A stretch of 62,635 nt of DNA, the filler included. It is 7 parts of 7 records of this genome, joined end to end, with 100 filler letters (N's around TTAATTAATTAA, not from the genome) between each part and the next. Parts side by side here need not be neighbours in the genome. Positions count along the whole stretch, not along the records: positions 16,316 to 23,407 come from SRR31156797_25881; positions 23,508 to 28,833 come from SRR31156797_25887; positions 28,934 to 35,411 come from SRR31156797_25892; 4 more parts are not named here. One strand, 5' to 3'. Shown here one piece after another: positions 22,701 through 29,111 of this stretch (the stretch's first letter is position 1; the number at the start of each line of letters is the position of its first letter). The notes under the pieces were generated by a model, which saw only the letters and a program-made list of their open reading frames with translations, did no database searches and had not been told where the DNA came from. Both the position numbers and the translations under genes were made by a program.

Positions 22701-23221
22701 CCGATCCACATTATGCCAATTCCGTTTACGACAACCTGCTTTATGATGATGTCAGTGGGTATTATGACCGAACGGTTCAGATTTCCAAAGGAACAGTCTA
22801 CGCAGTTGATAACAACTGGATAGGGAAAACGACTACTGGATCCATCTATCAACTTACCAATAGCGGGGTCAGAAACACTACAACGGATTGGGCTGCGAGC
22901 ACACCTTCCGCGGTCTATGCAAGCCATCCTCCCAACATCCTGAAAACCGAAGTGTCGGGAACAAGTCTGACCGTTACCTTCACCGAGTCCGTCACCGGTT
23001 GTTCAGCCGGCAATTGCGGTTTTAGTGTTACTAAAGACGGCAATCCGGTTACCCTTTCGCATACAGGTGGGACAGGAGCCACCAGAACATTTGCACTTGG
23101 ATCTACCTTGTCCGGTTCATCCTACCTATTTTACGACGGTACGGGCGTCATAGAGGATGGTGATGGTAATGCTATGTATAAATGGTCTACTGTCGGACAT
23201 GATCTGATGACGGAGTATTAA
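19760..23221 (+). CDS. Large predicted lipoprotein (1153 aa) with Ig/SwmB-like repeats and a right-handed beta-helix-like region
   Basis: ATG after GAGGAG; MRRYAIIGILVFLAVQAG-C lipobox; three GTxLxLTx-type repeats; IEHNRF, IRYNH, VLNNRI, IAYNEF, IHHNRF, IENNF, IRYNT repeats. Confidence 0.7.
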   Translation: MRRYAIIGILVFLAVQAGCATNGPAPDEYMEMSKDSEPPAISYPQDETPGRDDMVLGVKDPNDVWSLRRVKYSDILKLMEDGDIPATIARISEIPASIDIDQEPVQGATDSAMSSDWADRQSVLDRIDNLVVVKDKKATVIAGEDFSSDDYRMPYYLKSVSGVQYAYKYRAGVEYPDNRNHVPSGIICDEALPVSAGEGIDVTVGSWGFRDDSLGITSGEVGHRLYVGKSGGWTSMASELADDGDLLIDYGIIRKVVPTIVELNQFVMVYERQADGSAAFFSPIPSLTPPEIETVAFSEDGTKLILTANTELDQGENYTDGAWELAYTDQWNGEYVFLPNYHSGGESAVWTLNAGTTAADHGLDSATLKFTPVQENEVESSVGGIDLDLFTKTVDFSAVDLSALSDLIFVAGSIDTAGTTLTLTFNKEAQQGTGYNDSDFTLLVDGSVVGLTYTSGNESAQHVYTLSSAASHGESATISFNGDTDSLERVDNGSDLGALTNASITNNSTQGQSTQDTQYFYMQVSGAGGNLDDTGVWAVLPTSASNAMSLANFNNSDNWEPTENTQNSSKIDFDDVVYVMGSGWDRGLYIKPQGGVTLDGDESGTCDAIINTDCPDSTTINGATILVQVDNVTIRDFDFTNVRYGGVVATRDLVNTPFTQEAVKVSNLIIEHNRFDIANDQTALILHFVPDAIIRYNHAEGPERDCVYPEPVSSDDFISLNAGSRIKVLNNRIINLHHTFYMQPSLDVNYNDTIDYPGSGSYKIDPDVNFRDIEIAYNEFGERCAEGVSWDGSDSNATSQNVDVDEITNIAGNVVTLAGGDWDDYGDHFSGLYMVSYDTTDMSKYGTVSIIESQADNVFTLADATGFTVGQEVAIGMINQRMWIHHNRFLQKHRGYGSTFYLEDLSNRCLIENNFVYPRDYSEGHGVSMLSKRQYKPNYNATNTFPTFQIIKNVIRYNTLDWLLIGAGCQPPACPTSSADADPHYANSVYDNLLYDDVSGYYDRTVQISKGTVYAVDNNWIGKTTTGSIYQLTNSGVRNTTTDWAASTPSAVYASHPPNILKTEVSGTSLTVTFTESVTGCSAGNCGFSVTKDGNPVTLSHTGGTGATRTFALGSTLSGSSYLFYDGTGVIEDGDGNAMYKWSTVGHDLMTEY

Positions 23222-23247
23222 AGGTGAGTTTACGGCTCATTTACACA

Positions 23248-23294
23248 GTTTCAAACCAGGTGTTAAATGGTTTCAAACCAGGTGGCGCGTTACA
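23248..23294. repeat. Transposable-phage right end: two GTTTCAAACCAGGTG copies (22-bp period) and terminal CA
   Basis: Exact repeats at 23248-23262 and 23270-23284, then GCGCGTTACA; the reverse strand starts TGTAACGCGCCA. Confidence 0.8.
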
Positions 23295-23324
23295 ACACAG
23301 AGTCACACACGGATAATCGGCAAC

Positions 23325-23361
23325 AAAAAGAGGGGCAACCTAATGACCGGTCAACCCCTCT
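23325..23361 (-). terminator. Intrinsic terminator downstream of the tRNA
   Basis: Minus strand AGAGGGG...CCCCTCTTTTT. Confidence 0.7.
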
Positions 23362-23378
23362 ATAATATTAACAATTTT

Positions 23379-23407
23379 TGGTGGGCCGTGAAGGAATCGA
23401 ACCTTCA
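23379..23407 (-). tRNA. 3' part of a tRNA gene (identity undetermined; acceptor stem compatible with Lys or Ile2)
   Basis: Minus strand TGAAGGTTCGATTCCTTCACGGCCCACCA = T arm + acceptor strand + CCA; cut by the spacer. Confidence 0.9.
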
Positions 23408-23507
23408 NNNNNNNNNNNNNNNNNNNNNNNNNNNNNNNNNNNNNNNNNNNNTTAATTAATTAANNNNNNNNNNNNNNNNNNNNNNNNNNNNNNNNNNNNN
23501 NNNNNNN
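23408..23507. other. Artificial contig spacer
   Basis: N-run + TTAATTAATTAA + N-run. Confidence 0.99.
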
Positions 23508-23616
23508 ATGGGGCTGCTGACTCGTTTGCGGATGGGGTTTGGGTTGTGTTTTTACTGCAAGCGAATAGGGTCAGTGCAAGGATTAGCGCCAAAACTGCTG
23601 CTGCTAGTCTTTTCAT
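23508..23616 (-). CDS. Lipoprotein N-terminus (truncated; not in the ORF track)
   Basis: GGAGG RBS then MKRLAAAVLALILALTLFAC-SKNTTQTPSANESAAP. Confidence 0.75.
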
Positions 23617-23881
23617 TTATATATCCTCCATATAAATATTTTCCTCCATGATAGGGCTGGCCTTATCATGGAGTTTATCCTCGCTCTTGGTGAATTCACA
23701 CATATAAAAGTATAAATACATTGCTTCATATGTGTCAATTGCCCGCAACGGTCGGCTATGCTTTTTAGTCATAGCAATGCGTAGACCACAGCCCATAAAA
23801 ATAAAAACTGCGGCAAAAAGAAGATCTTTATGCCGCAGCTTACTGATTTATGGTTTGTCCAATATAGAACATCGAAGGCTG

Positions 23882-24781
23882 TTAACCTTCCGTTTTCTTA
23901 ACAGCTTGTAAAAATTTTTTTGTCAACGGGGAACAGCTGTTTGTTCGCCATGCCGCGATAACATACTGCTCATTATAAGGTCTCGCCACATGATACAGTT
24001 TAATATCTGCGCCAAAGCGGTCACATATATTACTGCCGCTTATTGAAAATCCTTTACCATTTTTCACGGCCAGCTCAACCGCAAAAAAATTTGGCATATA
24101 GACAATTTCTTTAGGCATAAATCCAATTTTCTTACAGGTTTCAATGGCTCGGATCTCGGCGTCTTTCATCTCGGCAATATACAGTAAGAACAACGTTTCG
24201 TTTTCAAGCTGCTTAATGGGAATAGCCACACTGTCAGCCAGTGGACTATGCGCTGAAACGGCAATATATGTGTCGAGCTTCTTTATATTCATCTCCTGTA
24301 TATTCCAGTATTCTCCAAATCCAAGGCTATAGGATACAATGCAGTCAATTCTGCCGCACACAAGCGCCTCCCGCAGGTCTTTAAACTCAAACAGCTCCAT
24401 TTTTACCAGAGTATCCGGGCACTCCTTCTCAAAGTCCCGGACTGCAGCCATCAAAGCATTGATAACCTCTGTCGAATCCATGCAGCCAATACGCAGTATG
24501 TTTTCCTTTATGTCATAAACCTTACGCATATTGATAATTGTTTCACTGAGCTTTTCATAAATGGGCTTGAGCTCCGTATACAGAAACTCGCCGTTTTCGG
24601 TCAACTCAACACCTCTGTTGTTGCGGACAAACAGCTTTGTATTGAGAGCCGTTTCCAGCCGCTGTATCCATCGGCTCACGGCAGATTGATTGATAAAAAG
24701 GTCTCTTGCCGCCTCGGAAAGGTTAAGCTGTTCAGCAACCGTGAGAAAGACCTCAATCTGCTGCAGCGTAACGTCGTTCAC
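23882..24781 (-). CDS. LysR-family transcriptional regulator
   Basis: GTG start; LQQIEVFLTVAEQLNLSEAARDLFINQSAVSRWIQRLE..LNTKLFVR. Confidence 0.93.
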   Translation of the reverse strand: MNDVTLQQIEVFLTVAEQLNLSEAARDLFINQSAVSRWIQRLETALNTKLFVRNNRGVELTENGEFLYTELKPIYEKLSETIINMRKVYDIKENILRIGCMDSTEVINALMAAVRDFEKECPDTLVKMELFEFKDLREALVCGRIDCIVSYSLGFGEYWNIQEMNIKKLDTYIAVSAHSPLADSVAIPIKQLENETLFLLYIAEMKDAEIRAIETCKKIGFMPKEIVYMPNFFAVELAVKNGKGFSISGSNICDRFGADIKLYHVARPYNEQYVIAAWRTNSCSPLTKKFLQAVKKTEG

Positions 24782-24828
24782 CTGACCACCTTCCTTTATT
24801 GCCAGCCTCAGCTGCAAACTTATCCTTG

Positions 24829-24866
24829 AGTAACCACTGCGCAAATCGATATGCGCAGTGGTTACT
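24829..24866. terminator. 15-bp perfect hairpin between the binding-protein gene and lysR
   Basis: AGTAACCACTGCGCA / TGCGCAGTGGTTACT; no clear U-tract, so terminator or stability element. Confidence 0.55.
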
Positions 24867-24915
24867 TTAAGACAGCTTGAGAGGCCCGGGTAGGCCTCTC
24901 ATATACTGATCATAC

Positions 24916-26124
24916 TTAGCCCTGCTTCATGCCGGCCGTCATGGCCTCGAAGGTCGTATCCTGCTGCCACTGCTGATATGTATCCTTTGTGATCATGGTG
25001 CCCTTAATTTTGACACAGGCGTAATCGCTGCCCTCATCCTTCCATTCGGGCCAGATCGTTTCTGCCGTCGCCCGGCCTTCCAGGATCGTTACAAGGTTCA
25101 GCGCCAGATAGGATGCAAATTCCGCCGGCGAGATGGCGCACGCCGCCACATAGACATCGCCCGTTCCGCCGCTGTTAAGCTCGCTGATAAACGCATCTGC
25201 CTGGACGCTCACAACAAGCGCGTCAGCCTGCTTATTAAGCGACTCAATAGCGCGCGTCGCGCCGACGCTCCAGTCGTCAACAAGACCGACGACAAACCAT
25301 TTTGTGATTTCGGGATGCGCCGTCATAATGGTGGACGTCATCTTGTTGCCGCCTTCAACCGAAAAGCCGTTTTCAAGCGTTACAAGGTCGCCTGTCCAAT
25401 AGTTGTCGGCGGCTTCCGGAAACAGCTCGGTAAATTTATCATGAACGCCGGGCTCACGCTCATGGATACCCAGCACGACGGTAAAGTCAAGAACAATCAT
25501 ACCAAGTGTGGATGCGTCAAGGGGCTCGTCCCAGTAATTTGAGTAGTTGTCCGCCAGCCACTGTACGCAGGCCGAGCCGTTATTGTACTGATCCTGTGCC
25601 ACACTTGGCCAGATGCAGTTGCCGCTGTCATCACGAAACGGTGTTGACTCGGCTACAAACGGGATTTCAAGCTCCTGGCCAACCTCCATAACGCGCTGCG
25701 TGATGGATTCATCCGTGCCGACAATCAGGCCGTCATAGTCCTGGCCGCCGTAAACCTCCATCTGGTTGAGGATGGCATCGTAATCCATGTTTGCTGAGTA
25801 CATGACGTAATCATAGTTTAAAACGGTGGCAAATTTCTCAAGATTCGTTGAAATCGCCTGCTGCAGCGAGGTATTGGCGTTATAGCAGATATACGCGATT
25901 TTAAACGGATCTCTGTCAAAGTGGTCAACCGTGTCGGTCAGATAGCCAATTGTTCCGTCCTCGCTCGGAACCGCCGACGGGGTTTCGCTGTCAGCCGGAG
26001 CGGCGCTTGACTCATCCGACGGGCTGACCGTTGTTGACGGTTCACTTGTGTCGCCACTGCCGCCGCAAGCGGCGACGGAAAACGCCAAAACTAAAACCAA
26101 TAAAATTGCGATGAACTTTTTCAC
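24916..26124 (-). CDS. Substrate-binding lipoprotein (sugar-binding type I fold)
   Basis: GTG after GGAGG; lipobox VAAC; Ser/Thr/Pro linker; DGLIV and DDWSVGATRAIE segments. Confidence 0.75.
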   Translation of the reverse strand: MKKFIAILLVLVLAFSVAACGGSGDTSEPSTTVSPSDESSAAPADSETPSAVPSEDGTIGYLTDTVDHFDRDPFKIAYICYNANTSLQQAISTNLEKFATVLNYDYVMYSANMDYDAILNQMEVYGGQDYDGLIVGTDESITQRVMEVGQELEIPFVAESTPFRDDSGNCIWPSVAQDQYNNGSACVQWLADNYSNYWDEPLDASTLGMIVLDFTVVLGIHEREPGVHDKFTELFPEAADNYWTGDLVTLENGFSVEGGNKMTSTIMTAHPEITKWFVVGLVDDWSVGATRAIESLNKQADALVVSVQADAFISELNSGGTGDVYVAACAISPAEFASYLALNLVTILEGRATAETIWPEWKDEGSDYACVKIKGTMITKDTYQQWQQDTTFEAMTAGMKQG

Positions 26125-26325
26125 TTAATATCCTCCAGTAGATTTATGTCGTTGCGCCGGGTGGCCGTTTTAGCTCGGTATATCCTCCTTTCAGGCCGTC
26201 CGGCATTATGAGAGATAGCCAGCAAGCCTGGATACGGCTAAGCCGTATCCAAGCTCTCTAATTTCAGCTATCTGCCAGAGACCGCGTCATTACGCAGCCG
26301 CTTTTATCATTTTTCATCATTACCT

Positions 26326-28782
26326 TTAGAGCATCTGCTCGCTGCGGTTGATAACATCCTCCTGAATTTCGGGGGACAGCTGCACAAAGTAGGCACTGAA
26401 GCCGCCGATGCGCACGATCAGGTCTTTGTGCTCCTGCGGCTTGACCCTGGCCTCCTTCAGCTCTTCCGTGTCTGTAATGTTGTACTGGATATGCGTCCCG
26501 CCGTTTGAGAAAAACGTGTTGGTGAACATCACAAGCTTTTCGCGGCTTTCAGGGCTTTCCAGAATTGCTGATGAAAACTTCTGGTTTAAAACCTGTGCAT
26601 AGGAATCTTCAAACCCGGCCTTTAAAACAGAACGGATGACGGCCGTCGGGCCATTTTTGTCCGCGCCGCGCATTGGCGAGGCCGATCCATCGTCCAGCGG
26701 CTCGTAGGCCTTGCGTCCGTCCGGGAGCGCGCCTACGCCCAGTCCGCCGTAATAATGCCAGGCCAGGCCCTCCCGGGCGACCATGTAGTTTTTAAACGGT
26801 GCGTTATCGAAGCTGCGGATATAGCCAGCAGAAAAGGCGCTGACGTCCTTCGCCAGCAGATCGACCTCGTCGATATCGTTGCCGTATTTAGGCGCGTTGA
26901 GGCACATTTGGCGGATTTCCTCGCCTCGAACGCCTTCAAAATCCGAGTCGATCGCCGTCAGCAATTCGTCCATCGTCAGCTTTTGATCGTCATAAACGAG
27001 CTTTTTAACAGCCATGAGCGAGTCGGTTGCGTCGATAACAGCCCGGTCGGAGATACCGAACAGGGAATAATCCGGGTGCGGTATTAAAACATCCTGGCCG
27101 ATTTCCATGCTGGCCGGCAGGCCGAGCGTCGAAATAAGCGGCAGGCGTACATACTTGGGCTGGACCTCGCGCGCAATCGCCGCCAGGCGGAAAATCCGAT
27201 CTATAAAAAACCGGTGCTGGGCTTTAAAGGCGTCGTATAGTTCATCAAAGGTCTTAAAATCTTTCGGGTCGCCGGTCTGAGGGCCGAGCTGCATGCCCGT
27301 AACAGACTTGCCGTTGTGCAACGCCATGTCGAAAATTGCAGCCAGATTGTAGCCCGCAATGCCTTCCGCACCGTAGTGCTCGGCGCGGGTCGGCAGGCAG
27401 GGATAAACACAGCCCAGGCCGCACCACTCACACGCCTCTTCGTACGAGATGCCGTCGTCCATATAATGCTTGATGATGACCTCGTCATTTTGAAACAGCG
27501 GGATACCGCCCTTTGTTTTCATATTGGTCTCAAGCGCCTTCATCATCAGCCAATACGGCGTCTGTTTGTTCCAGCGGATGCCAACGGTCGGCGAGGATAG
27601 CTGCAGCAAGCCCACCATATGCAAAAACAGATAGCTCAGCTCGTTGGACGCGTCGTTTTTCTCCTGATCAAGGCCGCCCAGCAGCACGTTGTTGATCCCG
27701 AAGTTGACCTGATGCGACTGGCGCTGTGTTGAATTCGTGATAAATGCCTGTGTCCCCCATCTGCCAATAAGCTCGCCAAGCAGTTCACCCGCCCGCGCAA
27801 CCGTCAGCGTGCCGTTTTTCAGGTCATTCATGAAATACGGATACAGATATTGGTCCCCGCGCCCCCAGTGGGCGTTATTGTGCATCGGATGCTCCAGAAG
27901 CTTGCAGACATTGAGGATGGCCATAGCCTGCAGCGCCTCCTGGAAGGTGCGGGCCGGATTTTCCGGAACGTATTCCAGTATCTCCGCCGTATTTAAAAGC
28001 TGTTTTTTGCGGTTTTCATTCCTTTCTTTTTCGGCCATATCACGGGCCAACGCGGCGTACCGGTGCGCATGGTCGATAACAGCCTGGCACACGATAATGG
28101 CCGCCTGCCAGAAGTAAAGCTTATCGACATTGGCGTCCGGCTGCCCTCTATATTCCTCAATACGGCGTTCGGCCTCTTTAATGTAGCTGCCGAGGCCTTC
28201 CGATAAAAGCTTTTTCCACGCCATAACAGAGGTCACCTGGCCGAAAATGCCAATATCAATGGTCGGGTCCTTGACCTTAGCGTCCGTCACGTCGATCGGC
28301 CAGGTACCGTACACCGCCGACCAGGCCTTATCAACCATTTCCGGGGCTGTCTTGCCGGAGAATATCCGGGAGCTCTCACGCAAAATCTCGAGGCTTTCCC
28401 TGTCGAGACCGGCGTCGGCGTTCATCGTCAGGTTGATTTCACCATCGTCGTCCCACAGGTCGGGTATATAGTCGCCGCAGACGTCAATGGTCGTGCAAGC
28501 GCCGACAACGTACGGGGTTGGCCGGCCGACAATGACATCGTAATCGTGAATGGCGATTTCGATATTATCCAGTATGTTCTTAATGAGCTTGGCCCGGCGA
28601 AGCTCGAGGTCCTCGCCCTCGGTTTCCTTCCAGGATTGGACCGTATACTTTTCCCGGTCAGCGCACAGCCGCCACGGTGCGGTGCGCATCGCATTTCTCC
28701 AGGTCTGCAGGCGTTCGGACAGTTCCATGCTGTCAATTTGCGCGAAAAGCTCCTCGTTAACGTTTATTGAACTCATATTCAT
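26326..28782 (-). CDS. Glycyl radical enzyme of unknown function
   Basis: 818 aa; PARTFQEALQ, GRGDQYLYPY, APKYGND, GALPDGRKA, HIQYN; glycyl loop LIVRIGGFSAYF; Cys loop GCVYP. Confidence 0.93.
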   Translation of the reverse strand: MNMSSINVNEELFAQIDSMELSERLQTWRNAMRTAPWRLCADREKYTVQSWKETEGEDLELRRAKLIKNILDNIEIAIHDYDVIVGRPTPYVVGACTTIDVCGDYIPDLWDDDGEINLTMNADAGLDRESLEILRESSRIFSGKTAPEMVDKAWSAVYGTWPIDVTDAKVKDPTIDIGIFGQVTSVMAWKKLLSEGLGSYIKEAERRIEEYRGQPDANVDKLYFWQAAIIVCQAVIDHAHRYAALARDMAEKERNENRKKQLLNTAEILEYVPENPARTFQEALQAMAILNVCKLLEHPMHNNAHWGRGDQYLYPYFMNDLKNGTLTVARAGELLGELIGRWGTQAFITNSTQRQSHQVNFGINNVLLGGLDQEKNDASNELSYLFLHMVGLLQLSSPTVGIRWNKQTPYWLMMKALETNMKTKGGIPLFQNDEVIIKHYMDDGISYEEACEWCGLGCVYPCLPTRAEHYGAEGIAGYNLAAIFDMALHNGKSVTGMQLGPQTGDPKDFKTFDELYDAFKAQHRFFIDRIFRLAAIAREVQPKYVRLPLISTLGLPASMEIGQDVLIPHPDYSLFGISDRAVIDATDSLMAVKKLVYDDQKLTMDELLTAIDSDFEGVRGEEIRQMCLNAPKYGNDIDEVDLLAKDVSAFSAGYIRSFDNAPFKNYMVAREGLAWHYYGGLGVGALPDGRKAYEPLDDGSASPMRGADKNGPTAVIRSVLKAGFEDSYAQVLNQKFSSAILESPESREKLVMFTNTFFSNGGTHIQYNITDTEELKEARVKPQEHKDLIVRIGGFSAYFVQLSPEIQEDVINRSEQML

Positions 28783-28833
28783 ACTCCCTTACTGAGTTAT
28801 TATACGGATTTATTTGGATATGCTGCAGTCAAC

Positions 28834-28933
28834 NNNNNNNNNNNNNNNNNNNNNNNNNNNNNNNNNNNNNNNNNNNNTTAATTAATTAANNNNNNNNNNN
28901 NNNNNNNNNNNNNNNNNNNNNNNNNNNNNNNNN
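28834..28933. other. Artificial contig spacer
   Basis: N-run + TTAATTAATTAA + N-run. Confidence 0.99.
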
Positions 28934-28946
28934 TAAGCTAATAAGC

Positions 28947-28986
28947 TAGGCCTGACCCCAAAAACATAGGCCTGACCCCAAAAACA
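28947..28986. repeat. Exact 20-bp tandem duplication TAGGCCTGACCCCAAAAACA
   Basis: Copies at 28947-28966 and 28967-28986. Confidence 0.9.
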
Positions 28987-29021
28987 AACGGCCGGTGGAG
29001 AGGGGATCTCCGCCGGCCGTT
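28987..29021 (-). terminator. Probable terminator of the etf operon
   Basis: AACGGCCGGTGGAGA / TCTCCGCCGGCCGTT hairpin, followed by TGTTTTT on the minus strand. Confidence 0.65.
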
Positions 29022-29111
29022 AAGTCAGGGGTAATTACTGCCGGAGAGTTTTGGGTTGGTTAATTAACCAGCAGTAATCACCACCATGGTGTTACGAATT
29101 ATTCTAAAAGA

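Larger units (their letters stand above)
16316..23294 (+). mobile_element. Right-hand part of a Mu-like transposable prophage
   Basis: gp45-gp46-gp47-gp48-fibre gene order as in Mu; ends in tandem 15-bp repeats and terminal ...TTACA. Confidence 0.85.

Noticed and set aside
23248-23284. Mini CRISPR array (GTTTCAA-starting repeats)
   Set aside because: Only two 15-bp copies with a 7-nt gap and no cas genes; better explained as transposase-binding sites
18731-23294. Diversity-generating retroelement or invertible fibre cassette
   Set aside because: No reverse transcriptase, template/variable repeat pair, invertase or inverted fibre copy seen
23379-23407. tRNA fragment as the prophage att site
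   Set aside because: It has its own terminator and is cut by the spacer, and the phage has a transposon-type end 85 nt earlier; cannot be fully excluded
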